Notes: generated from the letters alone by a model not told the origin. A stretch of 44,774 nt of DNA, filler included, from Catajapyx aquilonaris (GCA_000934665.2; 2 parts of 2 records of this genome joined end to end with filler, not necessarily neighbours in it); one strand, 5' to 3'; shown: positions 13,039-26,600, numbered from the whole stretch's first letter. Program-made: numbers and translations.

Positions 13039-14950
13039 ATTTTTTGTTTGAAAATTTCTGCCACTTGTAAGTCCATTCTGTGATCCACACTTTCTATCAA
13101 ATACCAGAGGAGTGTGGCCCTCCAATGCCAGGATGAACACCAATTAGCACTGTATTCTCACAAAAGGAAATGGCCATCCGCCCCCATAACGAGCGGAAAT
13201 CCTACACCAGACTAAAAATGGAGCTTAAACGGAAAGGTTTCCTTCCTGTAGAAACCCTAGTTAAAAAAAAAAAAAACATCATAAGTACCAACCCCTCTCA
13301 CTCAGTCGTTTACGAACACAAATCGGGGATGAAAATTTTGCTGAAAACTCATCGCATTCAGATGGAGACTCTCTTTCTAGGTGGCGCCAGCAGTGGCATT
13401 TCCCAGCATCAATTATGCAGACACAGGGACCTGGGACACGGTAATGCCATCTCGCCATTTTCCAACTCTGTCGCTCAAACACTCTCTTCTAAACCTCTTG
13501 TGATATGGACAGGACGTCCTCTTCCCCCCCCCCCCNGGGGGGGGGGGTTTGAAAGAAAAAAAAACCTGAAAGGAATGATTTGTGTGAATCCATGACCCGA
13601 AATCGCTTTTAGGGTTGGACCCACCCTATGAAAGGATTAAGTGCAGTGGATCATGTGTAGCCTGGAATCGATTCTGACTGGTGCCGCCATTTGCGTCCGT
13701 GTTACTCCCAACATATTTTGATTACTTGTCAATTTCAAAGAGTGGAAATTAATTCCGATGGGGCTTTATGGATTCACCCTCGTAATATTTTTGATGCCAG
13801 GGGAAATCAAGTTGGGGTCGACACTTGGGTGACATTCAAAATAGGGGACCATTCAAAAAACCTTCTCACGTACACTCCCAGTTTGAAGAAACAAAACGCA
13901 TCTTCTGCTTGGAAAGAGAGCTTCAACGCAAAAAAATATTGTTTGTATATAACGTATAGTAGTAGATGCAATCAGAATTCTTGTCAGCAGCCTGCTCGCT
14001 CCTTTGAACTTGTCCGGAACCTTCGCAAAAAAAATGGAACAAGCGAAAGAACTGCAATTTAGAGTCGCAAAAAGAAAAGAGTGTTAGGTTGGCACTGATG
14101 GAGTTTGCATTGTGACGAATCAGATGTCACTGATTTCATTTTTTCCCCCCTTGTTATTATTACATTTATTACTGATTGTACTACAAAACTAGGAAGGGGA
14201 CCCAAAACACACTGAGGACTTGCATTTTGCAATTATTTTCACGCTTCTAGAATCAACCAACAGGGAAAAGGGGGTGATAAATGACTCGACAAGCTCGTGA
14301 TTGATCCTGTAGCTTGCTGGCAAGTGGTTACAATCGTGTTGCGTGCCATTTATCATTCATTTTGTGCGGACTTCAACAACGGATCACCCCGCCTAAACAC
14401 ACCGTTGTTTGCGAATCAGTTGCGAACACTTCCCCTGCAAATAATCTGGCTTGTAATCCTGTAAGGCCACAGCCCTGTAATGGTACAATTGACACGATGT
14501 TCCTGCTCACTCGACAGGGTTGGATCACACCACTCATAACATAAGCATGGAAAAAAATTGAAGGCAATGCTACCAACCAATATTGGTAAAATGGGGGGTC
14601 CTACACTTGGTCTGGGATTTGGGAAATTTGTATGCACAAATAGCTCAATCATACATGTAAACACGCATTCCACCACTTTTCAGCACCAAAATGTCATTAC
14701 TCGATAAATTATTGCAGGTTTAAAAGTCACTGAGAGATTGGCGGGGAAAAGGGGGCGTGGCCTATCGGGCGCATTCCGACTCCTGCCTGACGACAGTGAC
14801 GTCAGAAGACCGGTGCACCTGCTTTACTGTGGCGGTCCCTTCGATTCAGTCGATAGGATCGCCAACAAAGCAAACAAACAAAGGAACAAAGCAACCCAGG
14901 TGCGTTCCCGCCTCTGCTTCCATCTGTTTTGCCAATGTGATGTCAGGTCT

Positions 14951-15401
14951 CGGACTTTTCGCCCCCGGAGTTTTCGCCCCCCATGACATATTCGTCGTGG
15001 TGGGCAAAGCCACAATAACGTTCGTTGGCCTGCGGCGCCACAAGACGGACAGTAAATGTTGCGGATACAGAAACCCACAATAAACGCCTAGCTCCGCTAT
15101 CGCTCCGCAAAAACTAAAAATATCACGCACGAGCGACGTACCGTGCCTGTCAGGGCCACAGGAATGGACAGTACTGTTGCGGTAACAAAAAGCCATACAG
15201 CATCACCAACACGAAGCGCACCTCCATCCATGTGACCCAAGCAGAAGACCGCAAAATTTCATTTTATAAATCTGGCATATTCATGGCTCGAGAAGTGCCC
15301 AGCCGAATGCTTCAAAGTGGAATATGTCACGGGGGCCAATATTCCGGGGGCGAAACGGCGGGGTCAAAAGTTCGGCGGGATCCGGACTTTTCGCCCCCGG
15401 A
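14951..15401. mobile_element. GC-rich TIR element with TTTTCGCCCCC subterminal repeats (Mutator-like by inference)
   Basis: CGGACTTTTCGCCCCCGGA..ATGACATATTC is mirrored at 15320-15374; an extra unit lies at 15381-15401. Confidence 0.55.
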
Positions 15402-16255
15402 CATTAATAAGTAATTTTTCAAGTAAAAAACACCAAAATTAATTTCAAACGAGGACGAATATTTACACGGGTTTGCAAAGTGTCGACTAGGACTCCATTG
15501 AAGTCAATGCTACCAAGGGTCCAATATTGGTAAAATTGAAGGCAGTGCTACCGTGGGGCCTAAACTCGCCTGCTCTTTTCCCCCCAAATCAGTTCCCAGC
15601 AAAAAGAACGGCCCAAGTGACAACATGGCCCTTTACCATGCCGGAAACACGCTCGGTTCCTCCCAGATTAATAATTAGTGCGTCCGTAGGTAATTACCAG
15701 TTCCATGAAGAATCTCTCCATCACCAAGCAGATATGGCTATGAGGGAATAACGAACGGCCGAGGGGCATAAGTCGTTGAACCGCAGATAAAAGTCTGGCC
15801 CGCTGAAGCCACAGGGTTGGATAGTATGGGGTGGTAGGGAGGGTACTAATTAAATAAAAATGATTGGCTCTCCTGGTCCGAAAAAAAAACCTAGAGCTAG
15901 AGAGAGGAAGGCTAGGCTGGGGCAATGAAGTGTAACAACTTCGGCGGGATAAAGTAGGGCCCAGAATGAGTCTTTATGGCGGTGGTGCCCTGGGAGCTCA
16001 TGTCGGACCGAGGCCCCCTGTAAATGGGCCTGTTGCATGCGCACATGTCCACTCGCCAGCAACATTAACATGGCCAAACGGCCGACTCTACAAGCCCATA
16101 AATCGAGGGCCGGCCAAGCGGCTGCCGAGAGAGAGACGACGCTTATCCCAAAGCCAGACCGATCACCAAGGCCTAGGATTTTGCAACAATAGCCTAGTGT
16201 TTACACTGCTTCTGGTAAGCGCTTTATATGAAAGCGTCTCAGGATGAATCGCTTC

Positions 16256-16700
16256 ACATAAGAGAGGCACAAGCCGCCTTTGATGTCCGCGTCTCTCTGT
16301 TTGGGGCCATTGCCAAGGCTGGCGGCCATTTTGAAACGGGGGCAACGCCAACGAGGTATAAATAGGGTACAGGCAGGCCGTAAAGGTCCGCCATCTTTGA
16401 TGGTTTTGGCGGCCATGGCACTTCTCGGAAAGAACACGTGCGAATTTTAATATATTTTCCGTATGAGCTCCTTGCACTTTGCTACATATTAATTCCGTAA
16501 GTACGGCAAAAATATTCGAATTCGCGCGTGTTCTTTCCGTGAAGTGCCATGGCCGCCCAAACTATCAAAGATGGCGGACCTTTACCTGTACCCTATTTAT
16601 ACCTCGTTGGCATTCCCCCCGTTTCAAAATGGCCGCCAGCCTTGGCAACGTCCCAAACAGCTAGAGAGACGCCCGAATGGAATGTTTGCGCCTCTTATGT
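16256..16700. mobile_element. Long foldback (palindromic) element
   Basis: ~200-bp inverted arms; flanked by a ~30-bp tandem repeat (CTCAGGATGAGTCG..TC.CATAA) at 16237 and 16722-16832. Confidence 0.85.
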
Positions 16701-17429
16701 ACGTAGTATATCCTCCCTGGCCTCAGGATGAGTCAATTCGCATAAGAACGTCTCAGAATAAGTCGCGATCGCATAAGATCACCTCAGGATGAGTCGATTC
16801 ACATAAAAGCTGTCGCAGAATGAGTCGCTTCATTCTTGGCATGTAAGCCAGTACCTATAGCGATATATAACCGGTTCATACTTTGTTGATGAACATCCAT
16901 CCTCTTTAAAAAAATAAATCTTAAATTGGCTGGGTCTAGACCTACGCCATGTGCCATAAAAACAGGGTAGTTTGCTGTAATCTGTCCCTGACATCCGCAA
17001 TTCCCTCAACACAATAGGACGCGTGGTGAATATTTAACAATAACGGGTCCGACATAACGCCGGCATAAAAACAGAGAGTTGCCATTAAATTAATACAGTG
17101 CATTCTAACATTGTGACGTGCTGTATGATGAGCCTAGAATGCGTAACTAGATGTAATTTCCTGTAACTGACATTCATAGTTACATACAATACAGTTATGG
17201 ACGATTTTGAAAATTTTACTTCTGATCCAATCGGTTGTGATTGTTATGTTTAAAGCTCAACATTTGGCAGGCTGAATGTTACATTAAAATTTAGTGAAAT
17301 ATTTTAGCTCTCCAAATGTGAGTGACATTTTACTAGTCAGCCTATTTGGCATAAAAGGGTTACTTTGTGATGTATAGCCTACTGGGGGTAAGTGTAGCCA
17401 CAAAAAGACCAAAAGACACGAGAGGGTGT

Positions 17430-17745
17430 AAAATAAATAAATAAATAAATAAATGTGCATTTGGTGAAAAATCCAAATAAATTAATGAATTTTAGATAAA
17501 TAAATGTTAGATTTTATAAATACTGTAACTGAAATAAATTAATTTTTATAAATACTATAACTAAAATAAATTAATTTTTATAAATACTGTAACTAAAATA
17601 AATTAGTTTTTATAAGTAAATAAAAAAATTAATTTTTAAATAGAAAAATGACTAATTTACAAGCAAATAAATAAATAAATTTTATCAATAAATAAACAAA
17701 TTTATCAATCAATCAATCAATTTATCAATAAATAAATACATATAA
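17430..17745 (+). repeat. AT-rich low-complexity tract, (AATA)n plus ~32-bp tandem units
   Basis: TATAAATACTGTAACTAAAATAAATTAATTTT about x3 at 17515-17615. Confidence 0.8.
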
Positions 17746-20700
17746 TTGAGTTGAAACGGAAATATTTTACTGAGCTACTTTTATTGGGACGTATACTTCC
17801 AATGATTTTCATTATTAGTAGTGTATGAAGTCATGAGTCTCATGACTGAAGGTTAGGTTATGACAGGCTATGTGTCGCACTCCCCGAATCGTCGACCTTG
17901 AGACCTGATCTCGCCCCGTGACCGACCGTTATTTTCGGCGCCAGAGAGGGCGCTAATGTTCAGGCCCGGGTTTACACACACAACAAGCCGTCGTTAATGG
18001 ATTAACAACTGGGGTAATCAAACTAGCAATTTCCATCGGCAATGGTAATTTTGAGGCCTGGACCGTTACAGGGTGATCAGATTAATGTGTGAAGCGCCAC
18101 CGCAAATGGTTTTCCTCCCGCGACCCGCGGGTACGTGTCGCCCCGGCTCAATAACCGCCCCGATTTTCTGGCAACCAACGCCACCGGGCCTGTTGACATC
18201 CAAGATGAAATGTGACGACACGTTTGGTCCGGGGGTATGACAAGTCGATTCTAAACAGCAGTGCACAGGACCAGACATACGCTGGTTTTAAAAAAAGAGA
18301 GAAAGAAGAAGAAGGAACAATCAGGGTGGGCTCCTTGTAAGACGTCGAGGAGGGCAATCAGTGCTGAGAAATATCTTCTTACGACCTTTCCTTTGTCGCC
18401 TAGACGGGACACTAATTGTTCGATTTAGCTGGTTCGCAAGTCCTTTAAAAAGATCTCTCTTTTCTCCCCCGGAATCAGGGTCTGGCGGAGGTCTCGCTTG
18501 TTTGAACGTCAGCTGAAAAGCTCGCGATTGTTCAAATTCCGGGGGTAACTTATGCCTCCTGAGAAACTTGGGAACGTTTTAAGGTGTAGAGACAGGATGA
18601 GGGTTTTTTCCACGATTATCCCCTATGAACTAGTTATATGCTCGAGATAATCATGTTTAAATGTGGGAGATTTGTAACCAATCACTTGGCTGTGGAGTTA
18701 TAAAATTCCATTAAAATTTTATTTAGCCATTTATATACAGAGTGGTTCAAAAGTTCATGATTCGTTTGTTATTCTCACTGATATTGTCCGAAATAAGTTA
18801 GTTATTTTCCAGGTGCGTAAGTACCGTACTATTAGGACAATAGGGAAACTGATTAGGGGGACAACAAGCTACAGAAAATAACATCTTTTAGCAAAATTAT
18901 CTATAACAATAACTACTATTATAAAAGGCCTCAAGAACACATCTAATTGGCATTAATGGATGTTTCTTTACTGATAAAAAAATGGTAGTCAGCTCTAAAG
19001 GTGAAAGGTTGCACGTAACAACTAAAACCATATCTGCCATAGTTATAATTCCCATCTTTTACTGCCCGCTTCTTCAGGAAATCCCAAGTAATTTAAGTGC
19101 AATAATCAGAAGAAGAAGAAAATAAAGATGGAAGTAGGGTACCTCCCAATAAGGCATAAGAATTTTAACGACCGTAAAAGCCAGTCGGAATGAGTTGACT
19201 GGAATACGTGAGACTCGTTAACGATTATTGTGACATGGTACTAAAGCAGGTACGAGCAATCTAAGGCAGACTCATAAGTATAACTGTCTTCGTGGTCTCT
19301 TGAGGATTTCACAGTTATCTTCACTGATTAGTCGGAATGTGAAATTATGGCACGTGTCTGAATGACGTTTTTTACTTTTCATCATTATTGATGTGCCTCA
19401 TTTTTACTGCAATATACAGTGAGTAATGTGCAATGATGCTTTTTAAAGTGTGCACTACAGTCGTCCTTTTTTAGCCGCATAATGTGCAGTAACAAGGTGG
19501 AGTACGTGTTTCCTATGGGAAATGAGCTGTTGCTGTCTCTGTTACTGTACAGCTGTGGGACTGTTCAGAAACAAAACCCGCTCAGCTTGACAGGAACACA
19601 AAAAATAGCTACGTGATTACATAACACGTACAGAACGTCGAGAGTAATTGCAGCTTGTAATTTTCCACAGTATTCAACCCAGTGTTTTACTTTTTAAATA
19701 ATCTCGATATGATCCGGTTGATATTTGGGCTTATCTCCAGAAAACTGTGCATATACAGCCAGAAAATGTTTCCAATGTGCAATACACTGTACTCCCGATT
19801 ATCCTGGCGAATTACTACACCGGATAATCAGAAAATGGCCTTGAGACAACCAAAATATGAGCTGTTCAGAGGCTAGAAGCTACATAGGCTTTTCCGATAT
19901 TAACTGTTCGGACAAAAAAGTTGAGACACCCTGTATATAATTTTTTTACAAGCACAGTACGCAGCACAGTTCGCGCAGCGTGCACGGTTGGCATTAGCTG
20001 GTAAGCTCTCTCTACATGACCCAATTGATGTACTGCGCTGGACTATTTCCAACGCTACGCTTGGGGAGCAACAAAATGGCCGACGTTTGCGACGTTGCCA
20101 ATCTCTGGAACGAACCTCAGATGGTCCGGTCCCAGCCTAATTGTTTAAAATATTTTATTTCATTCTAAATTCATACCAATTTAATTAACCGTACACCTAA
20201 CTTTACAGCTTGTCCCACTAAACATGATGACAATCATCCATCTTGAGCCTCGTGCCTGTCTTACGACCTTAACGACACCTGTTTCAGTACTAATAAGCTC
20301 CCAAGAATTTTTTTCAGGCTCTGATAACAATCCTTCTTCGTCGGAAGCGGAAATTACTGCCTGGACGTTAAACAACTTCCTGCGGGATCCTACTATCATT
20401 CCCCCTGTAAAAAGTTCTCCTTTTTTTATGTTCCAACTTTCTTAACGCAATATTTGATTGCTGGCCCTCCCCCTTTTTTTCCATCCCATCTTTCCTTTCA
20501 TATCAATTAGTCAGGCCCTTTTGGAGCTACGTTGTCAGCCCCAGCAAAGAAGGTGAATGACGATCAGCTTTCCAAATGAGCCCTTTCAATTTTTTATGGA
20601 AGCTTATAACTTAATTTGGCGGTAATTTCCTCTCTTGGAAAAAAGGGGGGGTTGCTATAGGGAGAAGAAGAAGTTGCACTGCACCGGTGGTGTCAGGTTC

Positions 20701-21761
20701 AGTAATATTTTCATGACATCCCATCAACTCGAAGATGGGGGGGGGGGGGGGGGGGGGNGGGGGGGGGGGGGGAGAGGAAAAAGAGGTGGGCGAATTCACT
20801 CGCCACAGAGTTCTTGAGAGCGGCCATCATGTCAGAGAAATAAGATTGCCGCCAGAAACGCAGTTAGCATTTTATTACCCACGAATACCGTGGAGATATG
20901 AAAATTGCGGAACAATGAATTTAAATTAACTTGTTTATCGCATCCTCAAAGGACGCCTCCCCTTGTTGGTTTTAGGAACTTTTAGTAACTACCTCAAAAA
21001 GCGCCTGTCTCTGTTTATGCCTCCAAAAACTTTTAGAATGGTAAACACTTGTAGTGTTTAAGCTCTCATTTCGCCTTCCCATGCACCATACATGCCTGAA
21101 CTGTTTTTAAAATATATATTATGACCAAATAAAGAACCAACATATTGATAAAAATGTAACAACAGTACAAGTTAGTCCTGTAGTACATCCTCCCTCTCCT
21201 CTGGGTCGTTCTTTTTTCGATACAATGTTTGGAACAATTCCTCAAGCTAAGCACAATCTGCTCACAAAAACAAACAGCAGATAAGAGACAACAGTGTATC
21301 AAGAATACTGTATAGGGAGCTAGTCGTATCTCTATTATTATAAACCGACTGTCATGGAAATTCCTCCCGCACCGTACGGCCTATAACTTTGAGAATGGTG
21401 TCCAAATTTTGCCCGTGTTTGCTATATTTGCAAACCACTTTTGGTTTTTTGAAAACTGTGCCGAGGGACTTGGTAAAACGCAAAAAAAACCCGACTGCGT
21501 CCATTCCACGGAATTCCCATTTCTGCCGTTCCAGGAGTCAGGGCGCCACCTCCTGGGTGCCGACTAGCTTAATTATGCACTTCACTGTCCGATGTCGCTT
21601 CGATGACTAATTTTTTCCCCTAATTTTGGCAAGTTGGTTTTGGTTAATCTCCGCCCATTTATTCTGCTCATGAGCTGAATATCCCCCCCCCCATACGTTT
21701 AAGCCCCTCCAGTTTATCCTCCTGCTCATGCGCTGGATATTTTCCCCCATATGATGAAAGC

Positions 21762-22103
21762 GGGAAGGTGTAGTGGCTGAGATGGTAACGTCTCGGCTTG
21801 CTGAGTGAAAGGTCCCAGGTTCGATCCCCGCCTGGGAGTTCCCTTTCACCTGCGTCGGGAGGGTTTCTGACCTCCACCTTGGAGGCGTCTGTCAACCTAA
21901 CCTCCTGGGGGACTGCACATGGCCCAAAGGTGACATTGCACACAAGTGTCACCTCCCCAACAATCCCTATCCTTTCCCAATGTCCCTGTTTCCTTGCGCC
22001 GGAGAAAGAAGCCGAATAATATATAGAAAACTGATGGTGGTGTGCCACCCCCCTATAGATCCCGTAAGGGACATCACGGGGTAAACAAAATAATAATTAA
22101 AAA
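21762..22103 (+). mobile_element. tRNA-derived SINE
   Basis: A box TGGCTGAGATGG, B box GGTTCGATCC, A/T-rich tail; 13-bp TSD ATATGATGAAAGC / ATATTATGAAAGC. Confidence 0.85.
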
Positions 22104-22553
22104 ATATTATGAAAGCAGATAGGTATGTCTAAATAATTTTTAAACACATTTTAATGAGCAAATGAAGAACCAACATAATGATAAAACAAGTTGTAGGACT
22201 CGAAGAACATCTGGGTTAATCTCCGTCTATTTCTCCTGCTCATGCGCTAGATATCTCCGAATGTTTAAGCCACTCCCATTTATCTAGCGTTAGATATTTC
22301 CCTTCATATGATAAAATCAGATGTCTAATTAATTTTTAAAAATATTTTAATGAACAAATGAAGAACCAACATAATGATACAAATCTAGTAACTCTACAAG
22401 TTAGTGTCATATACAGGGTGGACCAACTTCAAGTGTCGTTTTATAACGGCGATTAATAGCAGTGACGTAGCAGCGACGCGTAAAATGTCCCACTTCGGCG
22501 CCATCGAAAATATTAGCTGCCAATAGGGCAGCCAATTGGCAGCTAATATTTTC

Positions 22554-22653
22554 NNNNNNNNNNNNNNNNNNNNNNNNNNNNNNNNNNNNNNNNNNNNTTA
22601 ATTAATTAANNNNNNNNNNNNNNNNNNNNNNNNNNNNNNNNNNNNNNNNNNNN
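22554..22653. other. Artificial 100-bp assembly spacer
   Basis: Exactly 44 N + TTAATTAATTAA (stop codons in all six frames) + 44 N. Confidence 0.9.
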
Positions 22654-23286
22654 GGCCTATCGCTGTGATGATTTGACATGGAATGACCCAAATACTTGTC
22701 TTTATCCCCTCTGTTACCCCTAGAAGTCTGTCCCGAATTACAGGGAATACCCTGTATAACCTGACTATATTCATTCACTGGGCTGCCAATAGACTTTTAT
22801 TGTAGGGAAAATGGAAGAAACTTCAGAAAATCAATGTGAACATGGAGAGAACCCATCATAACTAAATATGATAAAATCTTGTGTGTCTGTGAGATCTAAC
22901 TTGGAACCTCAGTGCTAACCACTACATCTCTGTGTCATTCATTAATATACCAGTTACATTTGGGTGGACCTGGCAGGAGAAATTCATCGTAGATGAATAG
23001 GAGAGTGCTAGTGTCAGAAGTGGCTAGTGTCAGAAGTGGCATGGCCTGATCAAATGAAAATGAGAATTGTGCCATGAAATTGTTTAAAATCCCTCATTTG
23101 GGATTCACTTGAGAGAGACAGTTGCTGACTCATGTGGTACTCATAACTTAAGAGAGTTTGTCACTTGGTGGAATGTGGATTGGACAGCATCATCTGTTGA
23201 GAGGGGGTGGTGCCCCTTCAGGCATTCACCAAGGAGGAGAATGGTGTTATTTTATTTTGTGTTTAGCTGGAACAAAACCCAACAAC

Positions 23287-23333
23287 ATGCAGCAGAGATT
23301 CCATAAACCACAATTATCTTATCTCACAAGAGG
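23287..23333 (+). CDS. Tentative additional upstream coding exon of the DNMT3-like gene (MQQRFHKPQLSYLTRG)
   Basis: Acceptor gtgtttag ends at 23266 and donor gtaatt starts at 23334. Its phase-2 end joins the acceptor at 23549 in frame with ATG 23571 (GGA TTC CCA TCA ACT GAT TGT AAG ATG). No homology support. Confidence 0.45.
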
Positions 23334-23570
23334 GTAATTTTGCGTGCCATCTTATACAGGGTCTGTTCCACTATTCATCCCTGGAGCAAAAGTGGACTTA
23401 ATGTACAGTTTTACTGTGTTAAGGGAAAGGGGTCGCTGTCTTTGTTATGATGTGGAGGAATTTGTTAGCAATATCCTCTGCAGGTACTTAATTGCAGTTG
23501 TACTGTCATGGTGGTTAATTAATCATTGTTTTATATTTTATCATTCAGATTCCCATCAACTGATTGTAAG

Positions 23571-23670
23571 ATGACTTCAACAGAGGTGGAAACCAAGCCT
23601 GACACTTGGACCCCACATCATGGGGCATTTATCTGGGGGAAATGGAGAAACCAGAGATTGTGGTGGCCAG
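23571..23670 (+). CDS. DNMT3: DNMT3-like exon, PWWP N-part (GAFIWGKWRNQRLWWPG)
   Basis: WGK...WWPG signature; donor gttagt at 23671; acceptor tcattcag ends at 23548. Confidence 0.9.
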
Positions 23671-26600
23671 GTTAGTACTGTCCATGTCTTGAGCTTGCAT
23701 GATAGTGAATGCCCGCATAATGAATACTGTATAAGAGTGTTAATTTTCTTCTCTCAATGATATTTCATCAAATTATTAGGGATAATTGTTGGAGCAAGTC
23801 ACTGCTTGATGAAGCAGACCAAGGTTGGCCATGAATGGGTGTTCTGGTTTGGTGACCATTCCGTGTCTGCGGTATGTATGTGTACATATTGATTGTGATA
23901 TATCTATAATTTTTGTGGTAGTGCAAACTGTCTTCAAAAAGTTTCTGTCCGAAGTTCTATTTTGTAGTTTACACATATTCATTAACCTGTTTTAACTACT
24001 TATTACTGTAATTCCACTATGATTACTAGGAATGAAATCATGCTGGGGCTTGCAGTCACACTGGTGTATGTGGCATATATGTTTTCAGGATGTAAAACTA
24101 TGTAGAACAAATGCTCCACAGGCATGTTTCTCACCTGCATCCCAATTGCTCCCTGTTTTAGCAATTTGTTCTGACCAGTGAAGTGGTGGTACATATACAA
24201 TATTGGCGGTCAATCCTGGATGCCTATTCAATATGGAAGGCTTCGTACTTTCTCCCTGTAGCAGTATTATACCCTACCCCAACCCCCGCAACTCCCATGA
24301 TCTGGTTGTGATCTTACAGAGTCTCTGCCAGCCTGGAATTTGGCACTGCCGCAGCCCCACAGGCATCTTATGATTTGGGCGGATGCCTGAACCAACCTAA
24401 GCCTTCCTTTCCCCACCAGCTGCGTCCATGCTACTTTCACGGATTCCCAGCCAGCCACCCGAATCTGTGGGGCACCGCCAATGCCAAATTCTTGGCTGGC
24501 AAGACTCTCTAAGTTCATATCCGTCACCATAAGGCTAGGCTGGGAGTTGCGGAGGAGCTGCCGTACCCGAACTGTCCCTAACCTAATCAATATCTGCAGT
24601 AAGGTAACGAGTTATTTGTCTCTTAGAAACACAGCTAATGGCAGAGGAAGCCCTATTTATGCTCAAGGAGGCTTACCCTGTTCATTGCGTGACAAAATGC
24701 ATCCTTTCCCGAAGCCTTCTGCCACCTTACTTTCCTACCCCCCCCCCCCCCCCCCCCCCCNNNNNNNNNNNNNNNNNNNNNNNNNNNNNNNNNNNNNNNN
24801 NNNNNNNNNNNNNNNNNNNNNNNNNNNNNNNNNNNNNNNNNNNNNNNNNNNNNNNNNNNNNNGGTGATAAAGGATGTCTTCCTAGAAAATCACTGTATAT
24901 TTCACACTAATTCCAACTTCTTACCAACACTGTAATCATTTAGATTTTGCTGTAAGGAAATCATGAGGGCTCCAAGAGGGTAAAATTTTTCTTTTTAAAG
25001 CAGTGACTATTCAAGGAAAACGCTGATGAGTTTTCTTTTAGTCAAGGGTTGGAGGTCCACTTAAAGGCAGGTGCCATGCTTGACCTTTAGTCTAATGCTG
25101 AAATACAATACTTTTGTGATATTTGGGCATTTTCTGACTGGGCTGAAGACTGAAAATTCACAGAAACTGCTCTTCTGAGATTGAAAATAGATCGGCAATA
25201 TTCCTGAATTTATTTTGAAATTTATTATGAGCACAGCATCTTATATGAAACATCATCATTTTTAAGTACTATGCGTATGATCCATTGCAAGATGGCTGCT
25301 GGTACATGCACACATCTGTAGATTGTGACCTTCAATCTGGCAAGCTGGTTCTTGGATTTTATGATGTGTCTTGTGTGAAAAATATTGTGATTTTAGACAG
25401 CCCTCTTGCCTTTATTTGGAGTTTGCCACGAACAGGAGGAACTAGCTAGTATTGGTGTCACAACCTTGTGTTTTTTGACTTTTTTTAAAGTCATGAAAGT
25501 GTGTTTTGAGACACGTTAAGTGGGGTTTACACAGGCGCTTTGACTTCGACTCTCTCCTAGTCATAGGGATCGGATCCCCTTTTCAGACGGAAGTCTGCTC
25601 TTCGATGTCCTGAGCCCCCTCAACACCCTGTTGACACCGACCCTGCCCCCCTGAGGTGGTGAGGTGGTGGGGACAGGTTTTTGTGGAGGGGGTGGTGGGT
25701 GGGAGGCAGTGAGTGAGACGGGAAGACACCACTAACCATTCAGAGAGCCGGGTTCTGTCCGACTGTCCCTTCACACAGTCAGACAGAACCTGAATCTAAA
25801 ATATCAATTAATTTTTTTCTAATAGTGTATAAGTGGAAAATTGTGCCAAAACTACATTTAATTGTGGAGAAACTAAAGTTTCGTCAATTTTTTCACTATT
25901 TTTGCTTGCCCATTGTATGTTGTTAATATTTTACCTTTCTTGTTTGTTTCTCTAGGATGTTATCAGTATGCTTTTCTTCCTTCAGGTTCCAGGTAAAAAT
26001 TTGTGTGAATTTGTACCCAACTTCAGAGATAAGTATAACTCATGCAGGAATCCATTGTACTTTGCGGGAGTAGTGGAAGCTATTAAGGTAAAAATTTGTA
26101 TTTGTATATTTTGTATGTAAAAATTTGTGTAAATAAGGAGAGCTACTGGTGAAAGCTATTAAACGTACTGTGATCTTTTAGGAATGCAAGACTCGAGTGG
26201 AAAAAGAATTAGAAAAGGTAAAATATATACAAGTAGTGTTAAAATCAAGGTGTGATTCTAATATTGATTCTAATATTGTGATTTTACAGCAATGTAAGTG
26301 TGATGTGAAGATGGAGGCAGGAAAGAAGGTAAAACCAGCACATGAAATATATTATGAGAGCCCATGCTTGACACCATACCATGATCTTTTAGAAATGCAA
26401 ATGCCGACTGCAAGTCATCAAGGGTAATTATGTGACAGAACCAGAACTGCTGAGTTGGGCATACAAAGACTTCGCATTACCAAATGGAAGTGTTGATTAT
26501 GACTACTACACACCAGATCCAAGTGAGTAAATATATTGACAGCATGTGATAAATATAACATATTAAAAGAGGCATGTGAATTAAGCTGTTCATCATTATA

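Noticed and set aside
16201..16792. Pairs of similar ORFs on opposite strands (also 31781-32377)
   Set aside because: Mirror-image translations of palindromic MITE arms, not genes.
17873..18220. Solo LTR (TGTCG...CGACA termini, GC-rich)
   Set aside because: No matching TSD, PBS, PPT or second copy in the window.
20737..20772. Poly-G/C tracts as G-quadruplex elements (also 2470-2490, 13524-13547, 24738-24760)
   Set aside because: Each contains or abuts N, so lengths are unreliable assembly breakpoints.
1..22553. Protein-coding genes or an autonomous transposase in the left half
   Set aside because: All ORFs are under 150 aa, with no recognisable domains or coherent exon chains.
24267..24620. 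Antisense 107-aa ORF nested in a DNMT3-like intron
   Set aside because: No recognisable domain or splice structure; more likely a decayed retroelement fragment.
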